Virus record (IMG/VR): IMGVR_UViG_3300042691_023995
Span: 64,001-87,603 of that record
Reading direction: 5' to 3' (one strand)
Length of the DNA: 23,603 nt
From: a virus
Taxonomy: Duplodnaviria > Heunggongvirae > Uroviricota > Caudoviricetes > Crassvirales
Shown: positions 23,041-23,603 of the stretch, piece after piece
Layout: each line of letters begins with the position of its first letter
Position numbering within the stretch: position 1 is the stretch's first letter
Made by a program: the position numbers and the translations under genes
The notes under the pieces: generated by a model
Told to the model about the DNA's origin: nothing
Database searches by the model: none
Seen by the model: the letters and a program-made list of their open reading frames with translations, nothing else

Positions 23041-23480
23041 TTGATTTTGTTATAAAATTGGTTTGTTAAATATTGAAGCTCATACGTGTAGGACTCCTCT
23101 GTATTCTCATCAAGAGGAATCCCAGCCCACGACATAATAGAAATTGTAGCATGTAAAAGCTCATGGCTAATAACACCTCTGTCTTCTACACCATTTAACC
23201 ACATGGCTATTCTACCTTCTTCATCTGTGTAAGTCATACCGCTAGCATCAAAATCTTCAGAATTTACAGGAAAATCCACATGTTCTGCTATAAATTCTAG
23301 TGCTTTTTCGGTATCTTTTGTGATGATGATGTTCACCTCTGTGTCATATGTACCACCATCAAGTGTTATCACCTGGTCCACGTAAAGGTCAACCTTCTTA
23401 TCAACCTCTATCATCATAAGTGGTATAAATATGAGTGCTAAAACTAGCAGGGTTAGTAGAAGTTTCTCTCTAAATGTCAT
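23037..23480 (-). CDS. Membrane-anchored protein with an HExxH zincin-like motif
   Basis: N-terminal TM LLLTLLVLALIFIPLMMI; ISHELLHA; downstream EESYTY as a possible third ligand. Confidence 0.5.
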   Translation of the reverse strand: MTFREKLLLTLLVLALIFIPLMMIEVDKKVDLYVDQVITLDGGTYDTEVNIIITKDTEKALEFIAEHVDFPVNSEDFDASGMTYTDEEGRIAMWLNGVEDRGVISHELLHATISIMSWAGIPLDENTEESYTYELQYLTNQFYNKIK

Positions 23481-23603
23481 ATTTCTTTTTTAGTAATTCA
23501 CGTCTTCTATTCACTTCTTCATACTTGTACATATCTCTTTCAACATTGTCATGCTCTTCGAGTGTCAAAAGTATGATATTTTCTTCATCATACATCGCCT
23601 GAG
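23470..23603 (-). CDS. 3' end (partial) of a gene, possibly a degenerate HNH-like protein
   Basis: ...QAMYDEENIILLTLEEHDNVERDMYKYEEVNRRRELLKKKYDI-stop. NIILLTLEEH resembles the HNH NLxxLCxxCH segment without the cysteines. Confidence 0.45.
   Translation of the reverse strand, partial: QAMYDEENIILLTLEEHDNVERDMYKYEEVNRRRELLKKKYDI

Noticed and set aside
1-23603. Stop-codon reassignment as in some crAss-like Bacteroidota phages
   Set aside because: Long, motif-complete ORFs tile the window in the standard code, and TAA, TAG and TGA all end genes, often coupled to the next start.
1-23603. tRNA, rRNA or CRISPR array
   Set aside because: No cloverleaf with T-loop/CCA and no regularly spaced direct repeats were seen; non-coding gaps are too short apart from 9052-9273.

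Overview
Gene-dense segment of a tailed dsDNA phage genome in the standard genetic code. The host is most likely Bacteroidota: five TTTG/TTG-N19-20-TAnnTT(T/C)G promoters are present, and genes have A-rich start regions without Shine-Dalgarno sites. Order of features: (1) the 3' end of a tail-fibre gene with a peptidase S74 chaperone; (2) a glycan-modification cluster with GT-A, GT4, FkbM methyltransferase, sulfotransferase, GT9-like enzyme, APS kinase, HxGH nucleotidyltransferase, DUF2061-like protein, and a 1139-aa four-domain enzyme ending in an autotransporter O-heptosyltransferase-like domain; (3) a divergent promoter pair and a leader carrying a uORF and terminator; (4) a lysis cassette with an M15 endolysin and several membrane or lipoprotein genes; (5) a near-symmetric block in which an HPAT/SERGT (GT95/GT96)-like peptide O-glycosyltransferase is flanked by two small poly-Thr proteins, each sharing its N-terminal module with longer fibre-like paralogues; (6) a ferritin/Dps-like gene; (7) a run of Lys-rich proteins with a shared 10-aa leader (MAKIKKAQxG) and recurring xxxGG motifs, interrupted by an endonuclease VII-type homing endonuclease that duplicates its neighbour's C-terminus; (8) a bidirectional terminator, three more GT2 genes, a beta-propeller and converging minus-strand genes. 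About ten glycosyltransferase domains lie in 23.6 kb. The strongest candidate new system is phage-encoded protein O-glycosylation of poly-Thr or Gly-X-Ser virion-surface proteins, possibly extended, methylated and sulfated by the other enzymes. All family assignments come from motifs recognised by eye and from memory; no database search was run.
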